DNA of 64,000 bases, taken from positions 312,296-376,295 of the forward strand of contig JBMNHG010000002.1 of the NCBI GenBank assembly GCA_050950285.1, given 5' to 3'. The DNA comes from Kiritimatiellia bacterium (GTDB lineage Bacteria > Verrucomicrobiota > Kiritimatiellia > RFP12 > JBMNHG01). Below the pieces are notes generated by a model. That model saw only the letters and a program-made list of their open reading frames with translations. It did no database searches and was not told the origin of the DNA. This document shows positions 29,780 through 38,065 of this stretch, piece by piece. The position numbers and the translations under genes are program-made. How positions within the stretch are numbered: the first letter of the stretch is position 1; each line of letters starts with the position of its first letter.

Positions 29780-30808
29780 ATGCCTGTCGTTCAAAAAAAG
29801 CCCTCTTTGCTGTTCGTTGACCATGTATGCCACAAACGGACAGGCTCTGCGGGTTTCATGCGCGATATTCTCGCCGGGGAATTTGATCTCGTCGACTGTT
29901 ATTACGAAAAAGCCTATGAATGCGAATTGCCGGAAAGGGGCTCCAGACACTTCGATGTGGCTTTGTTTTTCGAGTTTCTTCCGGATCGGCGGCGTATTTG
30001 CATTCCTGGGGTGCCCTGTGTATTTGTTCCCATGTTTGACAATGAATGGGGTTCAAAATGGCAGTGGCGGCGTATTGCCGCCTCCGGGATGTCGGTGATA
30101 TCGTTTTGCGGGAAAGTTTCGGAGCACGCGCGCGCGTGCGGCGTCGAAAGGTTGCTTGACGTCCGTTTTTTCCCTGGAGCGGAGGGGGATGGCGACATGC
30201 GCGGCGACCCGCGGCGGGTGCTCCTCTGGGAACGTGGCGATATCGGTTTTGCAACAATCAAGGCCTTGTTTGCCCCCGATGCGGTTGAGTCGGTCACATT
30301 GCTTCGACGAGGGGAAGGCAAACGCATGGGCGACGCATCCATATCCGGACAAGACATGCGTGATTACAAGGTGAACATCGTTGAAACCGGTTATCTGCCG
30401 CGCGCGGAATTCATTGAAATCATGCGACCGGCCGGGACCGTTGTCGCGCCTCGGCTGAAAGAGGGGATCGGGATGGCGTTCCTGGAAGCCATGGCCATGG
30501 GGAAGATCGTCGTTGCAAATGACGATGCGACAATGAATGAAACCATTCGTGACGGGGAAAACGGCTTTCTTTTTGACTGGCGCAACCCGAAGCGACTGGA
30601 CATGTCCCAGATTGTCGCGCTTCATGAAAGGGGTTTTTCGTGCGAGTCCCTGCGTGCAAGGTGGCTTGAAGACAGGAAAAAAATATCGGAGTTTGTCCGG
30701 TCCTCCCCCCCATGCGCCGTCCCCTGCAACGATCTGTATCGATATGTACGGTTCCTGGCAGAGGGGGCGATCATGCGTGTCCGTGAAAAATTCGATCTTC
30801 GGAGATGA
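29780..30808 (+). CDS. GT4-like glycosyltransferase, lower GC than its flanks
   Basis: PRLKEGIGMAFLEAMAMGK...MNETIRDGENGFLF retaining GT-B motif; many T/A-ending codons. Confidence 0.85.
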   Translation: MPVVQKKPSLLFVDHVCHKRTGSAGFMRDILAGEFDLVDCYYEKAYECELPERGSRHFDVALFFEFLPDRRRICIPGVPCVFVPMFDNEWGSKWQWRRIAASGMSVISFCGKVSEHARACGVERLLDVRFFPGAEGDGDMRGDPRRVLLWERGDIGFATIKALFAPDAVESVTLLRRGEGKRMGDASISGQDMRDYKVNIVETGYLPRAEFIEIMRPAGTVVAPRLKEGIGMAFLEAMAMGKIVVANDDATMNETIRDGENGFLFDWRNPKRLDMSQIVALHERGFSCESLRARWLEDRKKISEFVRSSPPCAVPCNDLYRYVRFLAEGAIMRVREKFDLRR

Positions 30809-30854
30809 ATCTTCCGAGTTGCGGTTTCCGGATTCTTGGAGCATACTTTCTCCC

Positions 30855-31535
30855 ATGCGCTTTTTCAAAGAAATCGTCCGCGGGATCTTCGAGGAGAACC
30901 CCATCTTCCGGCTCGTGCTCGGCATGTGCCCCACGCTTGCCACCACCACGTCCCTTGAAAACGGCCTGGGCATGGGGCTTGCGGCCACCTTTGTGCTGGT
31001 GTGCTCGAACATGGCCATTTCCGCCATTCGCAAGATCGTTCCGGACAAGGTGCGCATTCCCTGCTACATCGTGGTAATCGCGTCGTTCGTGACGGTCGTG
31101 GACCTGCTGATGCAGGCCTACACGCCCGCGCTCACCGAGAAGCTCGGCATCTTCATCCCGCTCATCGTGGTGAACTGCATCATCCTGGGCCGTGCCGAAG
31201 CCTTCGCCTCGAAGAACAACGTGCTGTACTCGATGGCAGACGGTCTCGGAATGGGCATCGGCTTCACCCTCTCGCTCTGCATCATCTCCATCGTGCGCGA
31301 GATCATCGGCAACGGCAGCATCACCGTCTGGGGCGATCTCGCCGTCCAGTTCCCGGCGACCTCCCCTGTGGTGCTCGTCATCCTGCCCGCCGGCGGATTC
31401 ATCACCCTCGGCTTGCTGCTCGCCCTCATGAACCACGTCCAGACTCGTCTGGCCATCCGCTCCGGCCGCGCCATGCCGCCTCCGCTGGCGCTCGACTGCC
31501 GCCGCTGCACTCTCTGCAACATCGCGGAAGAGTGA
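30855..31535 (+). CDS. rsxE: Rnf/Rsx electron transport complex subunit E
   Basis: ENPIFRLVLGMCPTLA, VRIP, FIPLIVVNCIILGRAEAFA and ILPAGGF motifs. Confidence 0.95.
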   Translation: MRFFKEIVRGIFEENPIFRLVLGMCPTLATTTSLENGLGMGLAATFVLVCSNMAISAIRKIVPDKVRIPCYIVVIASFVTVVDLLMQAYTPALTEKLGIFIPLIVVNCIILGRAEAFASKNNVLYSMADGLGMGIGFTLSLCIISIVREIIGNGSITVWGDLAVQFPATSPVVLVILPAGGFITLGLLLALMNHVQTRLAIRSGRAMPPPLALDCRRCTLCNIAEE

Positions 31536-31545
31536 GGAGCCCTCC

Positions 31546-32685
31546 ATGGCCGACGAGCCCTCGCGGACGCTTCCGCCCGTCGCCTTCGCCCCGTGCGCCG
31601 ACTACGAGCCCGCATCGCTCGATGCCGCCATCCGGCGCATTGGCGCCCTTCTGGGCGACGCCGGCGCCCCTTCCCTCCGCGGGCGGCGCGTGCTCGTGAA
31701 GCCGAACTTGCTCGCGGACCGCCCGCCCGATGCGGCGGTCACCACCCACCCCGCGTTTCTTCGCGCCGTGCTGCGCTGGCTTCGGGAGGTCGGCGTTGCC
31801 GGGATCCGCGTGGGCGACAGCCCTGCCAGCGCGGTGCGGCTTCGGCAGGTGTGGGAGCGGACCGGCGTGGAGGCGGCCTGCCGCGACGAAGGCGTGGAAC
31901 TTCTCTCCTTCGAGGCCGGCGAGATGCGCCTTGTGCGCCGCGACGGCATCGAGCTGCTGGTGGCCGCCGCCGCGCTGGATGCCGACCTCATCGTGAACCT
32001 GCCGAAGGTGAAGACCCACGGCATGACGCTCCTGACCTGCGCGACGAAGAACCTTTACGGGCTTCTTCCGGGCTACCAGAAGACCCAGCGGCACCGCGAA
32101 TATCCCAGTCCCCACGCCTTCGCCGGACTCCTTCGCGCCCTCGAGCGTTCGCTTCCTCCCCAGATCTGCCTCGCGGACGGGATCGTCGGCATGGAAGGGG
32201 ATGGCCCGTCGAACGGCGTGCCGCGTTTCCTGGGTTTCGTGGCCGCCTCGGCGGATCCCATCGCGCTCGATCTCGCGGTGTGCCGCGCCACGGGCGTCCC
32301 GGCGCGCCGCGTGCCCTACCTCGCCGACGTCGCGCACCTCCGCCCCGTCGAGCTTGGCGAACTCCCGCCCGGCTTCCCCGTGCGCCTGCGCCTCCCCGTC
32401 ACCTGGAAAGCGCTTGCCGTCCCGCGCCCGCTCGCCCGCCTCTGCGCCCGCTGGCTGTGGATTCGCCCCTCCTTCAACGCCGGCGACTGCGTCCGGTGCG
32501 GGCGTTGCGTGGCCGCTTGCCCGAAATCCGCCCTCGCCCAGGAACGGGGGAAGGTCCCGGAATTGCGCGATCCCCCCGCCTGCATCGGGTGCTGCTGCTG
32601 CCACGAGGTCTGCCCCGCCAACGCCATCGCGATGCGCAAGGGCCCGCTTCTCCGGATCGCCGGAGTCTTCTCGGAGCTGTCGTGA
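31546..32685 (+). CDS. DUF362 domain protein with C-terminal 2x[4Fe-4S] ferredoxin domain
   Basis: VLVKPN, TTHP, NLPKVKTH, MEGDGP; CVRCGRCVAACP and CIGCCCCHEVCP. Confidence 0.9.
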   Translation: MADEPSRTLPPVAFAPCADYEPASLDAAIRRIGALLGDAGAPSLRGRRVLVKPNLLADRPPDAAVTTHPAFLRAVLRWLREVGVAGIRVGDSPASAVRLRQVWERTGVEAACRDEGVELLSFEAGEMRLVRRDGIELLVAAAALDADLIVNLPKVKTHGMTLLTCATKNLYGLLPGYQKTQRHREYPSPHAFAGLLRALERSLPPQICLADGIVGMEGDGPSNGVPRFLGFVAASADPIALDLAVCRATGVPARRVPYLADVAHLRPVELGELPPGFPVRLRLPVTWKALAVPRPLARLCARWLWIRPSFNAGDCVRCGRCVAACPKSALAQERGKVPELRDPPACIGCCCCHEVCPANAIAMRKGPLLRIAGVFSELS

Positions 32686-32706
32686 ACGCCGCCGGGCGTC
32701 CGCCCC

Positions 32707-33717
32707 CTACCGGGCGGCCTTGACGGCGAATTCGCGGAAGAGGCGGAGGAAGATGCGGTATTGGTCCAGCGACACCTCTGGCGGGGTCTGGTGGTCGACG
32801 GACACGATCACGCCTCCGCCCCGGGCGACGGGCAGCAGGCGCTCGAATTCGGCGGCCATGGCCTCTTCGCCGCGCGCCATGGTCATCTTGTCGAAGGCGC
32901 CCATCCAGACCATCCGGGGGTGGTCGCGGCGCAACACGGCCAGATCGACGCCCGCCTGGCGTTCGAGGGGGAGGATCCCGCGCAGCCCGGCGCGCTCGAA
33001 CCAGGGCGCGGCAAGCGAGATGTCGCCGTCGGAATCGATGATGGGGACGATGCCGCGATCGAGCAGGCGCGGGACAATTCGCTTGTAGTAGGGCAGCATG
33101 AACTCGTCGAAGCAGGCCTCGGAGAGCATCGGGCCGTTGTTGTAGCTCATGTCCTCGGCGAAGGTCATGAAATCCGGGATGCAATAGCCGCATGCCCGGT
33201 CGACGATTCGCTCCATCCAGTCGGCGAGGTCGCTGTTGATCTGGTGGAGGAGTTCGGGCTGGTCGTAGAAGGCGTAGAGGTGGGGCTCGATGCCGAGGAG
33301 GGTCCGGGCGAACCAGAAGAACCCTTCGAGGCTGAACCAAACCACGATGTCGCCGGAACGCTGGCGCGCGGCGGCGGCCTGCCAGGCGTCGGGATCCAGC
33401 GGCCAGCGGTCGAGGATCTGGAAAAAGAAGGGGCGGAGCCGGCGGTAGCCGTCCATGTCCTTCAGGATGCCCGCACCGTGGAAGGCGGGCGCCGGGGCGC
33501 CGGGGGCGATCACGGGGAACCAGTCCTGCCAGTAGACCTCCTGGCCGAAATACTCGTTGATGGCGTAGCGGTCGGCAAGGTCCGCGGGCAGGCCCTCGCC
33601 ATGCCAGCGCGCGATCGTCTGGTCCCACCAGCTCGCCCATTCGATCACGGGAAGACGGTCGAAAGGCTGGAACTCCACGATGGCGTGGAAGCGTTCTCGG
33701 GCGGTCATTTCCTTCAT
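32707..33717 (-). CDS. Uroporphyrinogen decarboxylase/methyltransferase-like family protein
   Basis: MTARERF, FAEDMSYNNGPMLS, DSDGD, PLERQAGVD, DHQTPPEVS. Confidence 0.85.
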   Translation of the reverse strand: MKEMTARERFHAIVEFQPFDRLPVIEWASWWDQTIARWHGEGLPADLADRYAINEYFGQEVYWQDWFPVIAPGAPAPAFHGAGILKDMDGYRRLRPFFFQILDRWPLDPDAWQAAAARQRSGDIVVWFSLEGFFWFARTLLGIEPHLYAFYDQPELLHQINSDLADWMERIVDRACGYCIPDFMTFAEDMSYNNGPMLSEACFDEFMLPYYKRIVPRLLDRGIVPIIDSDGDISLAAPWFERAGLRGILPLERQAGVDLAVLRRDHPRMVWMGAFDKMTMARGEEAMAAEFERLLPVARGGGVIVSVDHQTPPEVSLDQYRIFLRLFREFAVKAAR

Positions 33718-33889
33718 GCGTGCACTCGTCACCTTTCCCGCCCATCATAGCGCTTCCGGGCGCCGCCGGAAACCGGAAACCATCCGATCGGATTGCGCAT
33801 CGCCCCTTCCGGATGGTCCGGATGGAGCCGGATGGAGCGGATGATTTTCTCGTGCCGCGGCGGGCGGAGGTATGGTACATTGACGCGCC

Positions 33890-36163
33890 ATGAACACGAC
33901 CCATCGGTGGAATTTCTTCCGGGCCTGCGGATTGACCCAGGTCCTTTTCAAGGATGGCGAGGACTTCCGCCGCCTTCGCGAACTCGACCAGAAGCTCTGG
34001 GTCGCGATCGGCGTCCCTCTCAAGCACCTTTGTTTCGACAAGCGCACGCTGGAGCTCATCGACGTGGACAACGACGGGCACATCCGCCCGCCGGAGCTCC
34101 TCGACGCCGTGGACTGGTGCACCTCGCGCATCAAAGACGCCGGCGTGCTGCTCGACGATTCCGGCGTATTGCGCCTGGACAACATCGACGAGTCGGTGCC
34201 GGAAGGCGCCGCCCTCCTCTCCGCCGCGAAGCTCATCCTCGCCAGCCTTGGATGCGCCGATTCCGAGACCATCTCGCTCGAGCAGGTGGCCGACCGGGCC
34301 CGCATCTTCGCGCAAACCCGCTTCAACGGCGATGGCATCGTCCCCGAATCGTCCGCCGCCAACCCCGCCGTGGCGGCCGCCATCCGCGACATCCTCGCCT
34401 GCGTGGGCGGCGAGACCGACCGCAGCGGACAGCCCGGCGTAAACCAGGAGAAGCTGGATGCCTTCTTCGCCGCCGCCGAAGCCTACGCCGCCTGGCGCAA
34501 GGCCGGCGCCGCCGCGGACGTCCTCCCGCTCGGCGACTCCACCGCCGCCGCCGCAGACGCCCTGGAGGCCGTTCGCGCCAAGGTCGACGACTTCTTCGCG
34601 CGCTGCCGCATCGTCGCCTTCGACGCCCGCAGCGCGGAGGCCTTGAACCGGGACGCGGCGGCCTTCGGCGCCATCGCCGGGGAATCGCTCACCGTGGACA
34701 ACCCGGACGTGGCGGACCTCCCGCTCGCGTTCGTCGCCGCCGACGCCCCCCTCCCGCTCGACGAGGGCGTGAACCCCGCCTGGGCGGCGCGCCTCGCCGC
34801 CTTCCGCGACAGCGTCGTGAAGCCGCTCCTCGGCGCCTCCGGCGATTCGCGGCCCGCCACCCTCTCCGAAGCGCAATGGCACGACCTCTGCGCCACGTTC
34901 GCCCCCGTCTTCGCCTGGCGCGGCGCCAAGACCGGCTCCGAAGTCGAGCCTCTCGGCCTGCCGCGCGTGGAGGAGCTGCTCGCCTCGGGACACCGCGACG
35001 CCATCGCCAGGCTCATCGAACGGGACTCCGTCCTCGCCTCCGAGAATGCGGGGATCCAGGACGTCGAAAAGCTCCTGCTCTTCGTGAAGAACCTGAACCG
35101 CCTGCTCCACAACTTCGTGAACTTCAGCGACTACTACGACCCCGAGCACCCCGAGACCTTCCGCGCCGGCCGCCTCCACCTCGACGCCCGCACGTCGGAC
35201 CTCTGCGTGTACGTGGACGACGTCGCCGCCCACTCCGCCCTCGCCGCCGCATCCAACATCTGTCTCGTGTACTGCGACATCTCCCGTCCCGGCACCGGGA
35301 CGAAGAAGGCCATCTGCGCCCCCTTCACCGCCGGCTTCGCCGCGACCCTGTCGGTCGGCCGCAACGGCATCTTCTACGACAACGACGGCAAGGACTGGGA
35401 CGCCCGCGTCACCAAGATCGTCGACCACCCGATCAGCCTCCGGGAGGCCTTCTGGAACCCCTGGCGGAAGATCGGCAAGATGATCGGCGACCAGGTCACG
35501 AAGATCCTCGGCTCGAAGCAGGACGCCGCGCTCGCCGCCGTCTCCACGAACGTCGAAAAGGCGGCGGCCATCGCCGCCGATCCTGCCGCCGCCCCGGTCG
35601 CCGCCCCGGTCGCCGCCCCTCCTGCCAAGACCGGCATGGAAGGCGTCGCGGCCGCCTCTTCCGTGGCCGCCATAGGCGTCGCCGTCGGCCTTGTCGGCTC
35701 CGCCGTGGGCGGTCTCGTGCAGCTCGTCACCGGCATCCCGCTGTGGAAGACCCTCGCGGGCATCGGCGGCGTGATCCTCGCCGTCTCCGGTCCCTCGATG
35801 ATCCTGACCTACTTCCGGCTGCGCGCCCGCGACTTCGCGCCCGTGCTCAACGCCGCGGGCTGGGCCATCAACACCAAGCTGCCGATGACCATGCGCCTCG
35901 GCGCCGAATTCACCCGCGAAGCCAGCCTCCCGAAGGGCTCCCGGATCGCGTTCAAGGATCCCTACCAGGACTCCCGGTGGCTCTCCCGCACCCTCTGGAC
36001 GCTCCTGGCGCTCGCCATCCTCGCCTTCGCCACCTACAAGGTCGTGGAGCGGTATCCCGGCCATCCGTGGTCCCGGAAGATCCGCTTCTGGGCTTCCGAA
36101 CCCGCCACGGCCGAAGCGGAGGTCCCGGTGGAAGACGCCGCTCCCGGCGAGGCCGCGGAGTAA
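33890..36163 (+). CDS. Conserved-looking hypothetical membrane protein with an N-terminal EF-hand-like loop
   Basis: DVDNDGHIRPPE loop, helical body, about 3 C-terminal hydrophobic segments, strong codon bias. Confidence 0.75.
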   Translation: MNTTHRWNFFRACGLTQVLFKDGEDFRRLRELDQKLWVAIGVPLKHLCFDKRTLELIDVDNDGHIRPPELLDAVDWCTSRIKDAGVLLDDSGVLRLDNIDESVPEGAALLSAAKLILASLGCADSETISLEQVADRARIFAQTRFNGDGIVPESSAANPAVAAAIRDILACVGGETDRSGQPGVNQEKLDAFFAAAEAYAAWRKAGAAADVLPLGDSTAAAADALEAVRAKVDDFFARCRIVAFDARSAEALNRDAAAFGAIAGESLTVDNPDVADLPLAFVAADAPLPLDEGVNPAWAARLAAFRDSVVKPLLGASGDSRPATLSEAQWHDLCATFAPVFAWRGAKTGSEVEPLGLPRVEELLASGHRDAIARLIERDSVLASENAGIQDVEKLLLFVKNLNRLLHNFVNFSDYYDPEHPETFRAGRLHLDARTSDLCVYVDDVAAHSALAAASNICLVYCDISRPGTGTKKAICAPFTAGFAATLSVGRNGIFYDNDGKDWDARVTKIVDHPISLREAFWNPWRKIGKMIGDQVTKILGSKQDAALAAVSTNVEKAAAIAADPAAAPVAAPVAAPPAKTGMEGVAAASSVAAIGVAVGLVGSAVGGLVQLVTGIPLWKTLAGIGGVILAVSGPSMILTYFRLRARDFAPVLNAAGWAINTKLPMTMRLGAEFTREASLPKGSRIAFKDPYQDSRWLSRTLWTLLALAILAFATYKVVERYPGHPWSRKIRFWASEPATAEAEVPVEDAAPGEAAE

Positions 36164-36181
36164 CCGCGCGCTTCCACTGCG

Positions 36182-36229
36182 AAAAAACGGCGCGCCGCGA
36201 AATCCCCGCGATTTCGCGGCGCGCCGCTT
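36182..36229. repeat. REP-like palindrome copy 1; probable terminator between convergent genes
   Basis: 17-bp perfect stem CGGCGCGCCGCGAAATC/GATTTCGCGGCGCGCCG (36188-36226) with a 5-nt loop and an A-tract on the left. Identical to 49965-50012. Confidence 0.9.
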
Positions 36230-36260
36230 GGGCTGCCGTCCGTCTTTTGGAACGACCCCC

Positions 36261-38033
36261 CTACAGGAGGATCAGCAGGGTCGGGTCCGGTCCGCCGGAG
36301 GCGAGACGAAGGACGTAGGCCGAGCCGGTGTCGACGATGGAAAGGGAGCAGCCGCGGAGGTCGGCTTCCGTCGCCGTCGCGGCAAATGTCTCCAGTCGGG
36401 TTCGGCTGTTGTCGCGGCGGGGCACGGAAATCAGATCCACCGTCGCCGAGCCCTTGACCTTCCTGGCAAACGCCCGGTCGATGTCGAGCTCCAGCACGGC
36501 CGTGGCATTTTTGATGCCGTAGTCCGGGTCGACGAGGACGAGGTACGCGCCGTCGTCGGAACGGCCTCCGGCCGGGATGCCGAACGAGAGGACCATCGAT
36601 CCTGTCGCACTGCCGGTATAGAGACTGCCCGCCGTAATGACGCCATTGGTTCCTTCGATGCGGATGCGGCTCGGGATGCCGCTCGCCGGGGTGTTCTCCG
36701 CCTTGATGGCGTAGTCCACGTTGACCGTCGCGTCGCGGCAGAGCAGTTCGGCTCCGCAGGCACCGGATCCGGTGGCCAGGTAGATGTCGCCCGCGATTTC
36801 GAGAACGCCGCCGTCCACCGCGGCGATGCGGTTGCTGGAGGTGGAGGCGGAATTGAAGCAGACGCGGGAGGAACCGCCGGCGGTGAGGGTCGCGTTGGAG
36901 ACGACGACCTCGCTGTCGTGGGCGAAGCAGAGCCAGAGCGGGAATTCGCTCGCGACGGTTGCGCCGGAACGGACGATGAAGCGGCTGCGGGCGCAGATCT
37001 TGTTCTGCGTTCCGAAGTTCTCCTCTCCGAAAACGACGCCGCGCGGATGGTAGCCGGGGTTGTTGGTCGTGATGAGCATATAGGCGCCGTCTTCAACGAT
37101 CACGGTGTTGTCGGCGGGGCTGTCTCCGCCGCCGACCAGGATCGAAGCGGTGTTGTTGCCGTTGCCGATGATGCGGGCGGTGGTACCTGCGCCGCGGAAG
37201 CGGAGCGTCTGGCCGGCGCCGGATCCGGCGCCGACTTTGGTGGACGAGAAGGACGTGTAGGACGCGCCGTCCTCGACGCGGATCTCGCCCGGATTCGCGC
37301 CGCCCATGTAGGTGTTGGCGACGTTCGCGGTCGTTCCCTCGCCCCGGATGCGCAGCAGTCCGCCGCTCTCCAGCGAGAAGCCGCCGCTCGCCATCGAGAG
37401 CGTGGCGCCGTTGCGGACGTCGAGCGAGGCGTCGGCGCCCATGAATTTGAAGTCGCCGACGCCCGTCACCGTCGCCGCGTCAAGGACGTTGGTCGAGGCG
37501 GTCGCCACGTTCTGGAACTTGCCTCCGCTTGCGACCGCGCCGTCCTCGATCCGGAACCGCGACCCTGCATTCCGGAACCAGAAGTTGGCGTTCTGGAAAG
37601 TCGTGCCCGGGCCCGTGAGGCACAGCTCCGCGCCGCCGTCGATATAGTTTTCCTTGTTGCCGTTGTCGAGCGTGCCGCCGCCGGCGAGGATGGCCTTTAC
37701 ACCGGAACCGCACGAGAACGGGTTGCGGAAACTGGAACTGGCGCACGAAACCGTGGTGCCGGACGGGATGGAGAGGATGACCGTGCGCCCGGCGTCCGAG
37801 ATGACCCATTGATAGAACGAGAGGGTGCTCGCGGCGGGGAAGGTGACGGTGGCCGTCTGGTTGAAGATGGCGGCGGAGTCGATCGCGAGGGGGTCCAAGG
37901 TGGACGGTGTGGCGCCGTTCACGAGCCAGGAGGCGGGATCGGTGTAGGAGCCGGTCGGGACATTGCCGTTCCAGTAGTACGTCGCTGCGGAGGCGGCTGT
38001 GGCGAGAAGCAGGAGGGGGAGCATGCGTTTCAT
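36261..38033 (-). CDS. Secreted beta-strand-rich (passenger/beta-helix-like) protein with a C-terminal hydrophobic tag
   Basis: Signal MKRMLPLLLLATAASA, then ATYYWNG...WLV; repeated xVEDGA/VRNGA units; ends LRLASGGPDPTLLILL*. Confidence 0.8.
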   Translation of the reverse strand: MKRMLPLLLLATAASAATYYWNGNVPTGSYTDPASWLVNGATPSTLDPLAIDSAAIFNQTATVTFPAASTLSFYQWVISDAGRTVILSIPSGTTVSCASSSFRNPFSCGSGVKAILAGGGTLDNGNKENYIDGGAELCLTGPGTTFQNANFWFRNAGSRFRIEDGAVASGGKFQNVATASTNVLDAATVTGVGDFKFMGADASLDVRNGATLSMASGGFSLESGGLLRIRGEGTTANVANTYMGGANPGEIRVEDGASYTSFSSTKVGAGSGAGQTLRFRGAGTTARIIGNGNNTASILVGGGDSPADNTVIVEDGAYMLITTNNPGYHPRGVVFGEENFGTQNKICARSRFIVRSGATVASEFPLWLCFAHDSEVVVSNATLTAGGSSRVCFNSASTSSNRIAAVDGGVLEIAGDIYLATGSGACGAELLCRDATVNVDYAIKAENTPASGIPSRIRIEGTNGVITAGSLYTGSATGSMVLSFGIPAGGRSDDGAYLVLVDPDYGIKNATAVLELDIDRAFARKVKGSATVDLISVPRRDNSRTRLETFAATATEADLRGCSLSIVDTGSAYVLRLASGGPDPTLLILL

Positions 38034-38065
38034 AGTGCTTTTCCTGTAGGGGTGAATACGATGGG

